Positions 18,945-30,071 are shown, counted from the first letter of the stretch. The stretch: DNA of 64,000 nucleotides from Bacteroidales bacterium (GCA_003157015.1 PMIJ01000092.1:6731-70730), one strand, 5' to 3'. Notes: generated from the sequence alone by a model not told the origin. Made by a program: numbers and translations.

Positions 18945-21575
18945 ATGAAGTCACTGGAACTGAGGCAGTTGTTTTTTGATTTTTTTGAATCTAAAGGTCA
19001 TCTTATAGTGCCTTCGGCACCAATGGTAGTTAAAAATGATCCTACCCTGATGTTTACCAATGCCGGGATGAACCAGTTCAAAGGCATCTTCCTTGGAAAC
19101 AGGTTACCTGTGAATAAAAGAGTTGCAAACTCCCAAAAATGTTTAAGAGTATCCGGAAAACATAATGATCTGGAAGAGGTTGGGCACGATACTTATCACC
19201 ATACAATGTTTGAGATGCTTGGCAACTGGTCATTTGGTGACTATTTTAAAAAGGAGGCTATTGGTTGGGCTTGGGAATTGCTCATAAAAAAACTCGGCAT
19301 TCCCGAGGACAGGTTATATGCGACGATATTTGAAGGTAGTGCAGAGGATAATTTACCACGTGATAATGAAGCATTTACTTATTGGGAAAAATGTTTTTCA
19401 AAGCCTGAGGGCAGGATTCTCGAGGGCTCAAAAAAGGATAACTTCTGGGAGATGGGAGAAACCGGACCATGCGGACCATGTTCCGAGATACATGTTGATA
19501 TACGTGATGATGAAGAGAGAAGAAAAACACCCGGGAAAGATCTTGTGAACAAAGGTCATCCCCAGGTAATTGAAATCTGGAACCTGGTTTTTATTCAGTA
19601 TAACCGTCGTGCTGCCGGTGTTCTAGAACAGCTTCCTGCTCAACATGTCGACACCGGTATGGGATTCGAGAGACTCTGCATGGTAGTACAGGGTAAAAAA
19701 TCAAATTATGATACTGATATTTTTCAGTCTATTATAAAAGAAATTTCCAAAATTACCGGCAAGTTATACGGGATTGACGAAAAATGGGATATTGCTCTGC
19801 GTGTGGTTGCAGATCACCTGAGAGCAGTTTCCTTCTCAATAGCTGACGGTCAGCTTCCTTCAAATAATAAAGCTGGCTATGTTATTCGAAGGATCTTGCG
19901 GCGAGCCGTCAGATATGGCTATAATAATCTGGGAATTGAAGAGCCATTCATGTTCCGTCTGGTTCCTGTTCTCGCTTCTGTCATGGGTGAACAATACCCT
20001 GAACTTCTGTCCGGAAAAGAACAGATCGCAAAGATAATTTTTGAAGAAGAGACTTCCTTTCTTAAGACTCTGGGCAAAGGATTAAAAATGATTGAAAGGA
20101 TGATTAATGATCTCAAAAGAGAACAAAAAAACATTCTGCCCGGAAAAGTTGCCTTCGAAATGTATGATACTTTCGGATTCCCGGTCGACCTAACACAACT
20201 TATTCTTAAAGAACATGATATGCATCTTGATCTGAATGGTTTTGAAGCAGAGATGAAAAACCAGAAAAACCGGTCAAGGGAAGACGCATCAGTCGAAGCT
20301 GACGACTGGACAATTGTGAAAGAAATTGAAGGAACGGAATTCACTGGTTATAAAAAGACCGAAGATGATGTGATAATAACAAAGTATAGGGGTGTCAAAG
20401 TCAAAGGGAAAGAGAGCTTCCAGCTTGTCTTTAATAAAACTCCTTTCTATGCTGAAGCGGGTGGCCAGGCCGGGGACACGGGCTTTATATCATCATCGCA
20501 AGAAAAAATTGGCATAACAGACACTTATAAAGAGAATAACCTGATATTGCATATAGCCGGAAAATTGCCTTCTGATATCACCTCAGCGTTCAAAGCAACA
20601 GTCGATGGCGAAAAACGTTTGATGACTGCAAATAATCATACAGCTACTCATCTTATTCATTTTGCATTACGTTCTGTACTCGGAAAGCATGTGGAACAAA
20701 AAGGCTCTCTGGTAACACCCGACCGGCTTCGTTTTGACTTCAGTCATTTCAGCAAGATGACTAAAGAAGAGCTGTCGAAGGTGGAAGAAATGGTAAACAG
20801 GATGGTGAGGAATAATTATACCGGCAGGATAACTGATAGCCTATCGATGGAAGAGGCAAAATCAATGGGTGCCATGGCTCTCTTTGGTGAAAAATATGGC
20901 AATCAGGTAAGAGTTGTTGAATTCGGAGACTCAATTGAACTGTGCGGAGGAACACATGTGGAATCAACTGGCAGCATAGGGATTGTAAAAATTATTTCCG
21001 AAGGGGCAATAGCTGCCGGAATAAGAAGGATTGAAGCAGTTACGGCATCAAAAGCTGAGGAGTATATTAATGAAAAATTAAAAATTGTCGACAATATAAG
21101 TGCTCTTCTCAAGAGTTCCGGTGGTATTACGGATAGTGTTGAAAAACTTCTGTCTGAAAATAATTCACTTAAGAAGACCGTGGAAAAATTCAGAATTCAG
21201 TCTGCAATTGATAATATTAATGAGCTGATTAACAAAGCTGTAGTAGTTAATAATATAAGATTTGTTTCCGGGAAGGTCGAAACCGATTCATCCGAAGTAT
21301 TAAAAAATATTGCCTTTCAGATAAGAACATCCTCCTCCAATACTGTAATGGTTATAGGATCAGAGCTTAACGGGAAAGCAAGTTTGCTGGTAACTGTTAC
21401 CGACGACCTTGTCAGGGAGAGAAATATTAATGCAGTCGCTATTATCAGGGATATTTCCAGTGAAATTAACGGAGGTGGTGGCGGACAACCTTTTCTTGCA
21501 ACTGCCGGCGGAAAAAATCCTAATGGGATTCAACCAGCCATCAAAAAAGCAGCCGAATTCATCCAGAAATCATGA
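18945..21575 (+). CDS. alaS: Alanine--tRNA ligase
   Basis: It is 876 aa with class II AlaRS strings (FTNAGMNQFK, HHTMFEMLGNWSFGDYFK), the editing-domain HxxxH/CGGTH motifs and a C-terminal DHHA1-like GGGGQ. Confidence 0.95.
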   Translation: MKSLELRQLFFDFFESKGHLIVPSAPMVVKNDPTLMFTNAGMNQFKGIFLGNRLPVNKRVANSQKCLRVSGKHNDLEEVGHDTYHHTMFEMLGNWSFGDYFKKEAIGWAWELLIKKLGIPEDRLYATIFEGSAEDNLPRDNEAFTYWEKCFSKPEGRILEGSKKDNFWEMGETGPCGPCSEIHVDIRDDEERRKTPGKDLVNKGHPQVIEIWNLVFIQYNRRAAGVLEQLPAQHVDTGMGFERLCMVVQGKKSNYDTDIFQSIIKEISKITGKLYGIDEKWDIALRVVADHLRAVSFSIADGQLPSNNKAGYVIRRILRRAVRYGYNNLGIEEPFMFRLVPVLASVMGEQYPELLSGKEQIAKIIFEEETSFLKTLGKGLKMIERMINDLKREQKNILPGKVAFEMYDTFGFPVDLTQLILKEHDMHLDLNGFEAEMKNQKNRSREDASVEADDWTIVKEIEGTEFTGYKKTEDDVIITKYRGVKVKGKESFQLVFNKTPFYAEAGGQAGDTGFISSSQEKIGITDTYKENNLILHIAGKLPSDITSAFKATVDGEKRLMTANNHTATHLIHFALRSVLGKHVEQKGSLVTPDRLRFDFSHFSKMTKEELSKVEEMVNRMVRNNYTGRITDSLSMEEAKSMGAMALFGEKYGNQVRVVEFGDSIELCGGTHVESTGSIGIVKIISEGAIAAGIRRIEAVTASKAEEYINEKLKIVDNISALLKSSGGITDSVEKLLSENNSLKKTVEKFRIQSAIDNINELINKAVVVNNIRFVSGKVETDSSEVLKNIAFQIRTSSSNTVMVIGSELNGKASLLVTVTDDLVRERNINAVAIIRDISSEINGGGGGQPFLATAGGKNPNGIQPAIKKAAEFIQKS

Positions 21576-21820
21576 GAGCGACATGAGTGAGATTCCTCCT
21601 TTACGCCCGGAATTCAGGGCATTAGAGAGAGGGATCTTATGGTCACATTACTGGCCTGATCAAAATCAATTTTTTTATTTATTCGAATTATATTATTAAA
21701 CCTGTATTTGTATTACCTTGATTTTATGATATATACAATTCATTTTGCATTTTGCACGTAGCCTCATTAATATTTGTTCGAAAATAATTACTAGACTTGC
21801 TTCCATTTTAATTATTAATC

Positions 21821-23668
21821 ATGACAGAAGTTACAAGAACATTCGACATAATTCAATGGAACCTGGAAAAATATCCGCGCAAAGATATGTACGGCGGAAA
21901 AAGGGATAAAGAATGGATAACCTACTCTACGGAAGATGTGAGTAATTATGTGAACTGGGTAAGTTATGGATTGCTTTCTTTAGGCTATAAGAAGGGAGAC
22001 AAAATTGCCACTATCAGCGGGAACAAACCTGAATGGAACTTTGTTGACCTTGGCCTTGCACAGGTCGGGATCATACATGTTCCCATTTATCCAACTATCG
22101 GTACAGAGGAGTATGAATATATACTTGAACATTCTGATGTCAGTGCGATTATTCTTAGCAACAAAACCATATATAACAAAGTAAAACCCATAACTAATAA
22201 AATTCATGGCCTGAAAAAAATCTATTCATTTGATCCTGTTGAAGATGTAAATTCTTTTGACGAAATAATCGACGCTGGTAAACTAAATGCCGGAAGGTTC
22301 CATGATGAGCTGGAAAGAATAAAAGCAAGCATTAAACCTGAAGATATGGTGACAATCATTTATACTTCAGGCACTACAGGAAATTCGAAGGGCGTTATGC
22401 TTTCACATAATAACCTTGTGAAAAATGCAATTACAACTTCAAAAGCTCACCACCTGGGTTACGGACACAGGGCGATCAGTTTTCTTCCATTATGTCATGT
22501 TTATGAAAGAATGGTAAACTATCACTTTCAGTATAAAGGTATAAGCATATACTATGTTGAGAATATGGGTATAGTATCAGAGACCGTTAAAGAGATAAAA
22601 CCACACATTTTCAATACTGTCCCGCGGCTTCTGGAAAAAATATATGATAATATTATCGGAAAAGGACGTAACCTTCCATGGATCAAAAAGAGGATATTTT
22701 TCTGGGCTGTCAATCTGGGGCTAAAGTTCAGGCTAAAAGGAAATTCTCAGTTTTACAAATTCCGTCTTAAAATAGCCAGAAAGCTGATTTTCAACAAGTG
22801 GCAGGAAGCTCTCGGAGGAGAGCTACAGGTACTGGTCTCAGGCGGAGCAGCTTTGCAATCGAGACTCGAAAAGATTTTCTGGGCGGCAGGAATTCCTGTC
22901 ATTCAGGGTTACGGGCTTACCGAGACATCGCCGGTTATAGCAGTCAATCCACTACGGATAGATGAAATAGGCTTTGGAACATGCGGACCTGTTATCGAAG
23001 GAGTTGAAGTTAAAATAGCTGAAGATGGTGAAATACTCTGCAAAGGGGTCAATGTCATGATGGGCTACTACAAAGCTCCCGACCTTACTGCCGAGATGAT
23101 AGACCAGGATGGCTGGCTTCATACAGGCGATATCGGTGTAATTGAAGAGGGAAAGTTCCTGAGGATAACCGATAGGAAGAAAGAGATGTTTAAACTCAGT
23201 GCTGGAAAATACATTGCTCCGCAGCCAATTGAGAACAAGCTTAAAGAGTCGTTCTTTATTGAACAGGCAATGGTAATTGGCGAGAATCAGAAGTTTGCAA
23301 GTGCAATTCTGTCACCTAATTTTGCATTTCTCCATGACTGGTGCTCAATACACAAAATACAGTTCAGGGACAACGGAGAGCTGATTGAACTCGACGAAGT
23401 AATTGATCGAATTAACAGGGAAGTCAGAGAGGTAAATAAAACGCTTGGCGAGTTTGAGCAGATCAAGAGATTTCGTTTAGTGACTGAAGAATGGACTCCC
23501 CAGACCGGAGAATTATCTCCGACACTTAAACTGAAAAGGAATTATCTTTCTAAAGAATACAAAGATATTATTGAGGAAATATATTTTTACGGAGAAAAAG
23601 ATATCAACGTATTACTAAGAATTAAAAACGGAATTAATGGTATGCTGAAGAATCTGCCGAAGTTCTAG
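21821..23668 (+). CDS. Long-chain-fatty-acid--CoA ligase (AMP-dependent synthetase)
   Basis: The AMP-binding signature YTSGTTGNSKGVMLSH is present, together with GYGLTE and TGDIG...DRKK motifs. Confidence 0.85.
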   Translation: MTEVTRTFDIIQWNLEKYPRKDMYGGKRDKEWITYSTEDVSNYVNWVSYGLLSLGYKKGDKIATISGNKPEWNFVDLGLAQVGIIHVPIYPTIGTEEYEYILEHSDVSAIILSNKTIYNKVKPITNKIHGLKKIYSFDPVEDVNSFDEIIDAGKLNAGRFHDELERIKASIKPEDMVTIIYTSGTTGNSKGVMLSHNNLVKNAITTSKAHHLGYGHRAISFLPLCHVYERMVNYHFQYKGISIYYVENMGIVSETVKEIKPHIFNTVPRLLEKIYDNIIGKGRNLPWIKKRIFFWAVNLGLKFRLKGNSQFYKFRLKIARKLIFNKWQEALGGELQVLVSGGAALQSRLEKIFWAAGIPVIQGYGLTETSPVIAVNPLRIDEIGFGTCGPVIEGVEVKIAEDGEILCKGVNVMMGYYKAPDLTAEMIDQDGWLHTGDIGVIEEGKFLRITDRKKEMFKLSAGKYIAPQPIENKLKESFFIEQAMVIGENQKFASAILSPNFAFLHDWCSIHKIQFRDNGELIELDEVIDRINREVREVNKTLGEFEQIKRFRLVTEEWTPQTGELSPTLKLKRNYLSKEYKDIIEEIYFYGEKDINVLLRIKNGINGMLKNLPKF

Positions 23669-23700
23669 TATTTTTTTACCACAAAGGACAAACAGATAAT

Positions 23701-23718
23701 TTGCCCCCTGGGGGGCAA
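23701..23718 (+). terminator. GC-rich hairpin after the acyl-CoA ligase gene
   Basis: TTGCCCCC-TG-GGGGGCAA lies 33 nt after the stop. There is no clear T-tract. Confidence 0.45.
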
Positions 23719-23818
23719 TAAGATTCTTTGCAGTAATTGTTTTAATTCTTTTTCCAATATTTGATGTTATTGCTGATCACACCAATATTTTTGTAATTTT
23801 GGGACTTTCAACTAAGTA

Positions 23819-24280
23819 ATGAGAAAATTTATTACGGGGAGTCTCTTTATTTTGATACCAGCTATTATTCTGTTCACTGCTTCATGCACGGCAGGATCAT
23901 GTTTTGAAGAGACAGAATCATATCTGAAAGCTACATTTTATGTAAATGCCACTCTTGCAGCTCCCGATAGTCTGACACTTTACGGACTGAACAATGATTC
24001 GCTTATTTATAATAAGACTGTAAATGTGCAACCTGCTCTTATGCCTCTGAACGCATTAACGGAAAGTTCATCTTTTGTCATTCAGGTAAACGGGATTTCC
24101 GATACCATCGAATTCCATTATACGAGTTATTCCCATCTGATTTCAAAGGAATGCGGTTATACGTATTATCATCAGCTTGATACATTACCCAGGTTTACAA
24201 AACATTTTATAAAAGATATATATACCGGAAACAAGACTATCACAAATCTAAATGTTGAAAACATCCGCATATTCTATTAG
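23819..24280 (+). CDS. Small lipoprotein of unknown function (possibly DUF6452-like)
   Basis: It has the lipobox LFTASC. It is 153 aa and overlaps the next gene by 29 nt. The family name is from memory only. Confidence 0.45.
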   Translation: MRKFITGSLFILIPAIILFTASCTAGSCFEETESYLKATFYVNATLAAPDSLTLYGLNNDSLIYNKTVNVQPALMPLNALTESSSFVIQVNGISDTIEFHYTSYSHLISKECGYTYYHQLDTLPRFTKHFIKDIYTGNKTITNLNVENIRIFY

Positions 24281-25037
24281 TCTCCTGTTTTTGCTGAATT
24301 TCATATCAATTCAGGTTCAGGCACAGGACACAATTCCAATCCCCCTCAAAATAAAGGCTGGGTTAGAAGTGTCAGGACCGGCTATATATTATTCAGATAA
24401 AAATATTCTGAATGAAGAAGGCTATATTTCTGTCGATCTTGATGAAAGACGTTCTGCCGTTCTTGCTGCCGGTTATCTGAATTTTAAATATTCACAATAT
24501 AATTACTCCTATCTCACCCATGGAAGTTTTGTTCGTATCGGAGTGGATTATAATCTTCTGAAAGCTGATAAATCTCAGGGAAAGTACTGGGCCGGAATTG
24601 GATTAAGATACGGGCTTAGCCGTTTCAGTACTCAGGTTCCTTTCTTTCAGACAACAGATTACTGGGGTATAACTACCTCCTCTATTCCTTTAAAAACAAG
24701 CTGGGCACATTTTATTGAAGCATGCCCGGGGATAAGAGCAGAAATATTCAGTCATTTCAGCATCGGTTGGTCAATAAGCCTGAGAATGCTGCTCTATTCA
24801 GGTACCGGGAAAGATCTGAAAGCAATATATATTCCAGGGTTCGGCAATGGCACAAAAACAATTGCTCCGGGACTAAACTACTATATTGTCTGGAATATTC
24901 CTTATAAAAAGATAAATGTAATTCTTAAAAAAGAAGTTAAGGAAGATACTGAAGATAATACTGATACTGATACAAATAATACTAACAGCACCAATACATC
25001 CGGCAACAGGCAACAGGGTTCGGGCATCAGGCAATAA
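24252..25037 (+). CDS. Secreted beta-rich protein of unknown function (possibly DUF6048-like outer membrane protein)
   Basis: It has a signal peptide (ISIQVQAQ), alternating aromatic/Gly-rich segments and an acidic/Thr/Asn low-complexity tail. Confidence 0.4.
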   Translation: MLKTSAYSISLLFLLNFISIQVQAQDTIPIPLKIKAGLEVSGPAIYYSDKNILNEEGYISVDLDERRSAVLAAGYLNFKYSQYNYSYLTHGSFVRIGVDYNLLKADKSQGKYWAGIGLRYGLSRFSTQVPFFQTTDYWGITTSSIPLKTSWAHFIEACPGIRAEIFSHFSIGWSISLRMLLYSGTGKDLKAIYIPGFGNGTKTIAPGLNYYIVWNIPYKKINVILKKEVKEDTEDNTDTDTNNTNSTNTSGNRQQGSGIRQ

Positions 25038-25144
25038 GAATCTTTTAATTTCAGTAAACGGTATACAAATGAGCTTTAGAGGCTATAACAGCTATAAAAG
25101 CTTTATGTGACCAGAAGACATCCAGACTTCAAGACTCCATGACA

Positions 25145-26599
25145 TTAAGATTTTTCTGACTTCCTGCTGAATATATATAGTCCGGCAAACATCAGCAAGC
25201 CATTCAAAAGAAGCAATTCAAATCCGAATTTATACCCGTTAAAAAGCACAACCGAGTATTTGCTCAGAAAGTAGCACGCAGCAGGCGAAAAAATCGCAAC
25301 AAAAGGGGTTACCTTATCATTCACGATCCTTCTGGTAAATAAACCAAATGAATACATGCCAAGCAATGGCCCATAAGTATACCCTGCAATTGTAAAAAGT
25401 TTATCTATTACAGCCTTGTCATTCACCGTGCTGAATAGCATAACACTTATAAAAAACACGAGCGCTATCGCCAGGTGTACCATGTACCTTATCCTGGTTT
25501 TTGCTTTTTCAGAAATGCCTTTTCTTTGTTCAAGACCCAAAAAATCGATACTTACTACCGTAGTGAGAGAAGTCAATGCACCGTCTGCACTTGGAAACGC
25601 TGCCGAAATTAGTCCTATTAAAAAAACCACTCCTGCAACAGGTCCAAGGTACCTTATCGCGACAGTAGGGAAAATATCATCACTTGAGGCTATATTCATC
25701 CCCTTATTTTGAATAAAAATAAGAAGAAGTGCTCCCAGGAACAGGAACAATAGATTTACAAATACAAGTATTGCACTGAATGTGAACATATTTTTTTGAG
25801 CTTCCTTTATGTTCTTGCAGCTGAGATTTTTCTGCATCATTTCCTGGTCCAGTCCTGTCATAACAATTGTGATAAACATCCCGCTGAAGAACTGTTTAAG
25901 AAAAAACCTCGGATGATGCCAGTCAGTTATGAACATTTTCGAAACCGGACTTTCTTTAACAATGGAAACAAGCTTCAATACAGGAATGTGCATGTTTTTT
26001 CCGATGTAAATTACAGACAGGACTACCGCAAGGAGCATAAAAGTTGTCTGCAAAGTGTCGGTCCAGATTATTGTCCTTATTCCTCCCTTAAGCGTGTAAA
26101 GAATTATAAGTGTAATGAAAATAAGAACATTTATCCAGAACGGAATGTGCCAGGCATCAAAAACAAAAATCTGCAAAACATTTATAACCAGGAACATGCG
26201 CAAAGAAGCTCCCATGGTTCTTGACAGTATAAAAAAGCCGGCACCGGTTTTATATGACCAGTATCCGAACCGTTGTTCCAGATATGAGTAGATTGATGTG
26301 AGTTTTAACCTGTAGTATAATGGAAGCAATACGAGCGCTATAACTAAATAGCCTAACAGGTAGCCCAGAACAACCACCATATAGCTGAACTGGGTATCTT
26401 TTACCCATCCCGGAACAGACATAAATGTTACGCCTGAGAGTGAAGCTCCGATCATTCCGTATGCAACCACAAACCAGGGAGATATTCTGTTACCTATGAA
26501 AAATGACTGGTTGTCGGCTTTCCTGGAAGTAAACCAGGTAACAGAAAACAAGGCAGCTGTATAGATAAGGAATATTCCAAGTATCAGAAGAGGCGACAT
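25145..26599 (-). CDS. Sodium:solute symporter family transporter
   Basis: It is 484 aa with about 12-13 hydrophobic helices and an SSF-like pattern (GGIRTIIWTDTLQ). Confidence 0.75.
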   Translation of the reverse strand: MSPLLILGIFLIYTAALFSVTWFTSRKADNQSFFIGNRISPWFVVAYGMIGASLSGVTFMSVPGWVKDTQFSYMVVVLGYLLGYLVIALVLLPLYYRLKLTSIYSYLEQRFGYWSYKTGAGFFILSRTMGASLRMFLVINVLQIFVFDAWHIPFWINVLIFITLIILYTLKGGIRTIIWTDTLQTTFMLLAVVLSVIYIGKNMHIPVLKLVSIVKESPVSKMFITDWHHPRFFLKQFFSGMFITIVMTGLDQEMMQKNLSCKNIKEAQKNMFTFSAILVFVNLLFLFLGALLLIFIQNKGMNIASSDDIFPTVAIRYLGPVAGVVFLIGLISAAFPSADGALTSLTTVVSIDFLGLEQRKGISEKAKTRIRYMVHLAIALVFFISVMLFSTVNDKAVIDKLFTIAGYTYGPLLGMYSFGLFTRRIVNDKVTPFVAIFSPAACYFLSKYSVVLFNGYKFGFELLLLNGLLMFAGLYIFSRKSEKS

Positions 26600-26685
26600 A
26601 TCAGATTTAATTAATCCACAAGAATAGCAAAAAGAATGGAAGACAAAAAATTCCCTCCCAGATTAATAACACAAGAAAATTGAAC

Positions 26686-26693
26686 TAATTTTG
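26686..26693 (+). promoter_or_regulatory. Bacteroidetes-type -7 box upstream of recR
   Basis: TAATTTTG lies 17 nt upstream of ATG 26711. Confidence 0.35.
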
Positions 26694-26710
26694 TCTGAAA
26701 GTTTTTAATA

Positions 26711-27325
26711 ATGAGTTTTACTGAATTTCCATCAAGGCTCCTCGAAAATGCCGTAAATGAATTTGCTTCTCTCCCCGGTGTTGGAAGAAAAACGGCATTC
26801 AGACTGGTAATGAATCTGTTAAGAAGAGATTCGGAAGAAGTGAAAAAATTCGGAGAAAGTATTATCAGGCTTCACGATGAGATCCACTATTGTAAAATCT
26901 GCAACAACATCTCAGATACTGAAATATGCAATATCTGCAATGATGAAAAAAGAGAGAAAGGAGTTATCTGCATAGTGGAAAACATTCAGGATGTGATGGC
27001 AATAGAAAACACTCGGCAATTCAGGGGAATATATCATGTTCTCGGAGGGATTATATCACCAATTGACGGTATTGGTCCTTCCGATCTGAAAATCGACAAC
27101 CTTGAAGAAAAAGTGAAAGCCGGAAGTATAACCGAGATAATTCTTGCTTTAAGTACCACAATGGAAGGTGACACTACAAATTATTATTTGTTTAAAAGGC
27201 TGAATAAATATGATATACGCATTACAACCCTGGCCAGGGGTGTTGCGATTGGAGATGAGCTTGAATATACAGACGAGATAACCCTGGGAAGAGCAATTAA
27301 TAACAGAAATCCATACCAGCAATGA
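26711..27325 (+). CDS. recR: Recombination protein RecR
   Basis: It has an HhH motif ([12 protein letters not shown]), a C4 zinc finger (CKICNN...CNIC) and a Toprim domain, and is 204 aa. Confidence 0.95.
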   Translation: MSFTEFPSRLLENAVNEFASLPGVGRKTAFRLVMNLLRRDSEEVKKFGESIIRLHDEIHYCKICNNISDTEICNICNDEKREKGVICIVENIQDVMAIENTRQFRGIYHVLGGIISPIDGIGPSDLKIDNLEEKVKAGSITEIILALSTTMEGDTTNYYLFKRLNKYDIRITTLARGVAIGDELEYTDEITLGRAINNRNPYQQ

Positions 27326-28536
27326 TAACATCAATCAATCAGTTCCTGTCAAATTCAGGAAAAAGCATGAAGCGATCTGCAATAAGAGAAATCCTTAAGC
27401 ATCTGCAGAAACCTGGTATGATCTCATTTGCCGGCGGACTTCCGGCTCCTGAAACTTTTCCGATTAATGATCTCAGAGAAATAATAGACGAGATTCTTGA
27501 GAAAGACGGTCCGGAAAGTCTCCAGTACGGCACGACTGAAGGAGATCCTCTTTTAAGAAGGATGCTTGTTGAAAGGCACAACAGGCAGGGATTAAAAATA
27601 GGTATTGAAAATCTGATCATTACTTCTGCTTCACAGCAGGCACTCGATCTTATAGCCAAGATATTTCTCGATCCCGGTGATTATGTACTGTGCGGTCTTC
27701 CCTCCTATCTTGGCGGTATAAACGCTTTTACATTTTACGGAGCAAAACTGAAGGGGATTGCCCTTGATAAAGACGGAATGAAACCTGACGAACTCGAAGA
27801 GACTATTATTATTCTTAAAGAGCTAGGACGGAAAGTCAAGTTTATTTATTTAATACCTGATTTTCAGAACCCTTCAGGAATCACGATTCCTGAATCAAGA
27901 AGACTGAAAATCATAGAAATTGCCGAAAAATATAACCTCCTGATTGTAGAGGACAGCCCCTACAGGGAAGTTCGTTTTGATGGAGAGTCTCAAAAACTGA
28001 TGTATGAGCTTGATACGACCGGCAGGGTTATTGCACTATTTACATTTTCAAAAATCTTTGCCCCGGGGTTCAGGGTTGGATGGGTTATTGGTCACCCGGA
28101 AATACTCGATAAGCTGGTTATGGCGAAACAGACTGCCGATCTGTGTACGTCCGCTTTTGTTCAGAGGATCATTGCCCGGTACATAGAGAAAGGGCTGCTC
28201 GAGAAAAACCTGAAAAAAACTATTGCTCTTTATCGCGAACGCCGTACCCATATGATAACCTGCTTCAGAAAATATATGCCGGAAGGAGTAAGCTGGACTG
28301 AACCTCAGGGCGGTCTGTTCCTGTTTGTAACCCTGCCTCCACGTCTGGATACCGATGAGCTTTTTAAAAAAGCCCTGGAAAAAAATGTCGCATTCGTTGC
28401 CGGGTCTTCCTTCTTTTGTAATAATTCAGGGCATGATACAATGCGGATTAACTTCTCCTTTTCAAATAAGGAAGAGATTGAAACAGGGGTTAAAAGACTT
28501 TCAGAGGTTATCAGAGAAGAACTTAACTGCAAATAA
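27322..28536 (+). CDS. PLP-dependent aminotransferase (class I/II, 2-aminoadipate/LysN-like)
   Basis: [25 protein letters not shown] and [13 protein letters not shown] (PLP lysine) are present. It shares an ATGA overlap with recR. Confidence 0.75.
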   Translation: MITSINQFLSNSGKSMKRSAIREILKHLQKPGMISFAGGLPAPETFPINDLREIIDEILEKDGPESLQYGTTEGDPLLRRMLVERHNRQGLKIGIENLIITSASQQALDLIAKIFLDPGDYVLCGLPSYLGGINAFTFYGAKLKGIALDKDGMKPDELEETIIILKELGRKVKFIYLIPDFQNPSGITIPESRRLKIIEIAEKYNLLIVEDSPYREVRFDGESQKLMYELDTTGRVIALFTFSKIFAPGFRVGWVIGHPEILDKLVMAKQTADLCTSAFVQRIIARYIEKGLLEKNLKKTIALYRERRTHMITCFRKYMPEGVSWTEPQGGLFLFVTLPPRLDTDELFKKALEKNVAFVAGSSFFCNNSGHDTMRINFSFSNKEEIETGVKRLSEVIREELNCK

Positions 28537-28754
28537 CTTCATTGTTTGATTTAAATTTTTTATAGTCTGGAGAATTGTTTCAACATACAACGGATATCTG
28601 AAACATTTCACTGATCCGGTTGTTTAGTATGAAAGAAAATCTTTTCAGATGATACCTTTCTCAGGCTTCTCCGTAATGGAGGGTCAAAATATGCCTATAG
28701 GGGCAATATTTGAAAGAAAGGAAAAAGAACGTAGAAAAAATTAAACCAAGGTTT

Positions 28755-30071
28755 ATGGCAAGACTGAATATCGTATTACCTGCAATGGGAGAAGGAGTTA
28801 TAGAAGCAACAATAAATAAATGGCTGGTTTCAGAAGGTTCAAAGGTAAATGAAGATGATCCCCTTGTTGAAGTAGCGACCGATAAAGTGGATTCTGAAGT
28901 TCCAGCTCCTGCTACTGGCACTTTGGTTTCAATAGTTGCTAAAGAGGGTTCAGTTGCCAAAATCGGTGATTTGCTTGCAGTAATTGAGAATGATGTTCTT
29001 CAGAGCAAAGAAGATCTGAAAAAGATTGATAAGGAAGTTGAACGAGTCCGCGAAACCATAGCTCAGGTAAAACAGGAAAAGTCTGAAATTGAAGCCTCAT
29101 CGCATAGTATGAAAAGCCGGACTCCATCCGGAAAATTCATTTCACCTCTGGTAAGAAATATTGCGTCACGCGAAGGAATAACCTATGCTGATCTCGATAA
29201 GACAACCGGAACAGGAATGGATGGGCGGATAACAAAAGATGACATACTGAAGCTACTCGAGGAAAAGAATACTGAAAAGGAAACAATTAAGGTCACGCAG
29301 GCTGTGGAAGCTTTACATACTCCAAAGGCTCAGAAGCAAGGGACAATACCTGTTACCAGGTCAGCAGGAGATGAAATAATTCCGATGGACAGGGTACGCA
29401 AAATCATAGCAGATCACATGGTTTTGTCGAAAAGGACATCACCTCATGTTACGTCATTTATTGATGCTGATGTAACCCGTCTCGTTAACTGGAGAAATAC
29501 TTTCAAGGAGAAATTTCTGGCAGCAGAAGGTCAAAAACTTACTCTGACACCGATTTTTATCGATGCCGTGGCAAAAGCCCTCTACGAGTTTCCTATGGTC
29601 AACATATCAGTTGATGGTGATAATATCATTAAAAAGAAAAACATCAATATAGGTATGGCCACTGCACTTCCTGACGGCAACCTGATTGTCCCCGTAATAA
29701 AAAATGCCAACGAAAAAAATCTTACAGGTCTGGCTAAAGCTGTAAATGATCTGGCTGACAGGGCCCGGGCAAATAAATTAAAACCTGATGAAATTACCGG
29801 TGGTACCTTTACCATCACTAATTTTGGCAGTTACAATAATCTTGCCGGCACACCAATAATTAATCAGCCGCAGGCTGCCATCCTCGGCACAGGAGTGGTG
29901 AGAAAGACTCCGGTCGTAATTGAAACACCCGAAGGAGACATGATTGCAATCAGGCAGATAATTATACTATCATTAAGTTATGACCACAGAGTAATTGACG
30001 GGGCACTGGCAGGAAAGTTCCTGCATAAGGTTAAACAGATTCTTGAAAATTATTCTCCTGATATTGTTTAA
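28755..30071 (+). CDS. 2-oxo acid dehydrogenase E2 component (dihydrolipoamide acyltransferase)
   Basis: It has a lipoyl domain (VEVATDKVDSEVPAP), an E3-binding domain (ISPLVRNIA...GTGMDGRITKDDI) and a catalytic DHRVIDGA. The ATG at 28755 (MARLNIVLP) is preferred over 28710. Confidence 0.85.
   Translation: MARLNIVLPAMGEGVIEATINKWLVSEGSKVNEDDPLVEVATDKVDSEVPAPATGTLVSIVAKEGSVAKIGDLLAVIENDVLQSKEDLKKIDKEVERVRETIAQVKQEKSEIEASSHSMKSRTPSGKFISPLVRNIASREGITYADLDKTTGTGMDGRITKDDILKLLEEKNTEKETIKVTQAVEALHTPKAQKQGTIPVTRSAGDEIIPMDRVRKIIADHMVLSKRTSPHVTSFIDADVTRLVNWRNTFKEKFLAAEGQKLTLTPIFIDAVAKALYEFPMVNISVDGDNIIKKKNINIGMATALPDGNLIVPVIKNANEKNLTGLAKAVNDLADRARANKLKPDEITGGTFTITNFGSYNNLAGTPIINQPQAAILGTGVVRKTPVVIETPEGDMIAIRQIIILSLSYDHRVIDGALAGKFLHKVKQILENYSPDIV

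Noticed and set aside
19919-20344. Long antisense ORFs inside well-supported genes (19919-20344 in alaS; 42255-42719 in the M3 peptidase; 25796-26224 and 25416-25712 in the symporter; 14789-15139 in the Zn-ribbon gene; 52873-53232 in the regulator; 61170-61520 in susC)
   Set aside because: They are low-complexity, carry no recognisable motifs and are fully embedded opposite strongly supported genes. Such ORFs are expected by chance opposite codon-biased AT-rich genes.
24940-25037. Asp/Thr/Asn-rich low-complexity tail (EDTEDNTDTDTNNTNSTNTSGN) with GATACT-like DNA repeats
   Set aside because: It is a short, degenerate, in-frame segment, most likely a disordered tail rather than a repeat element or a variable tract.
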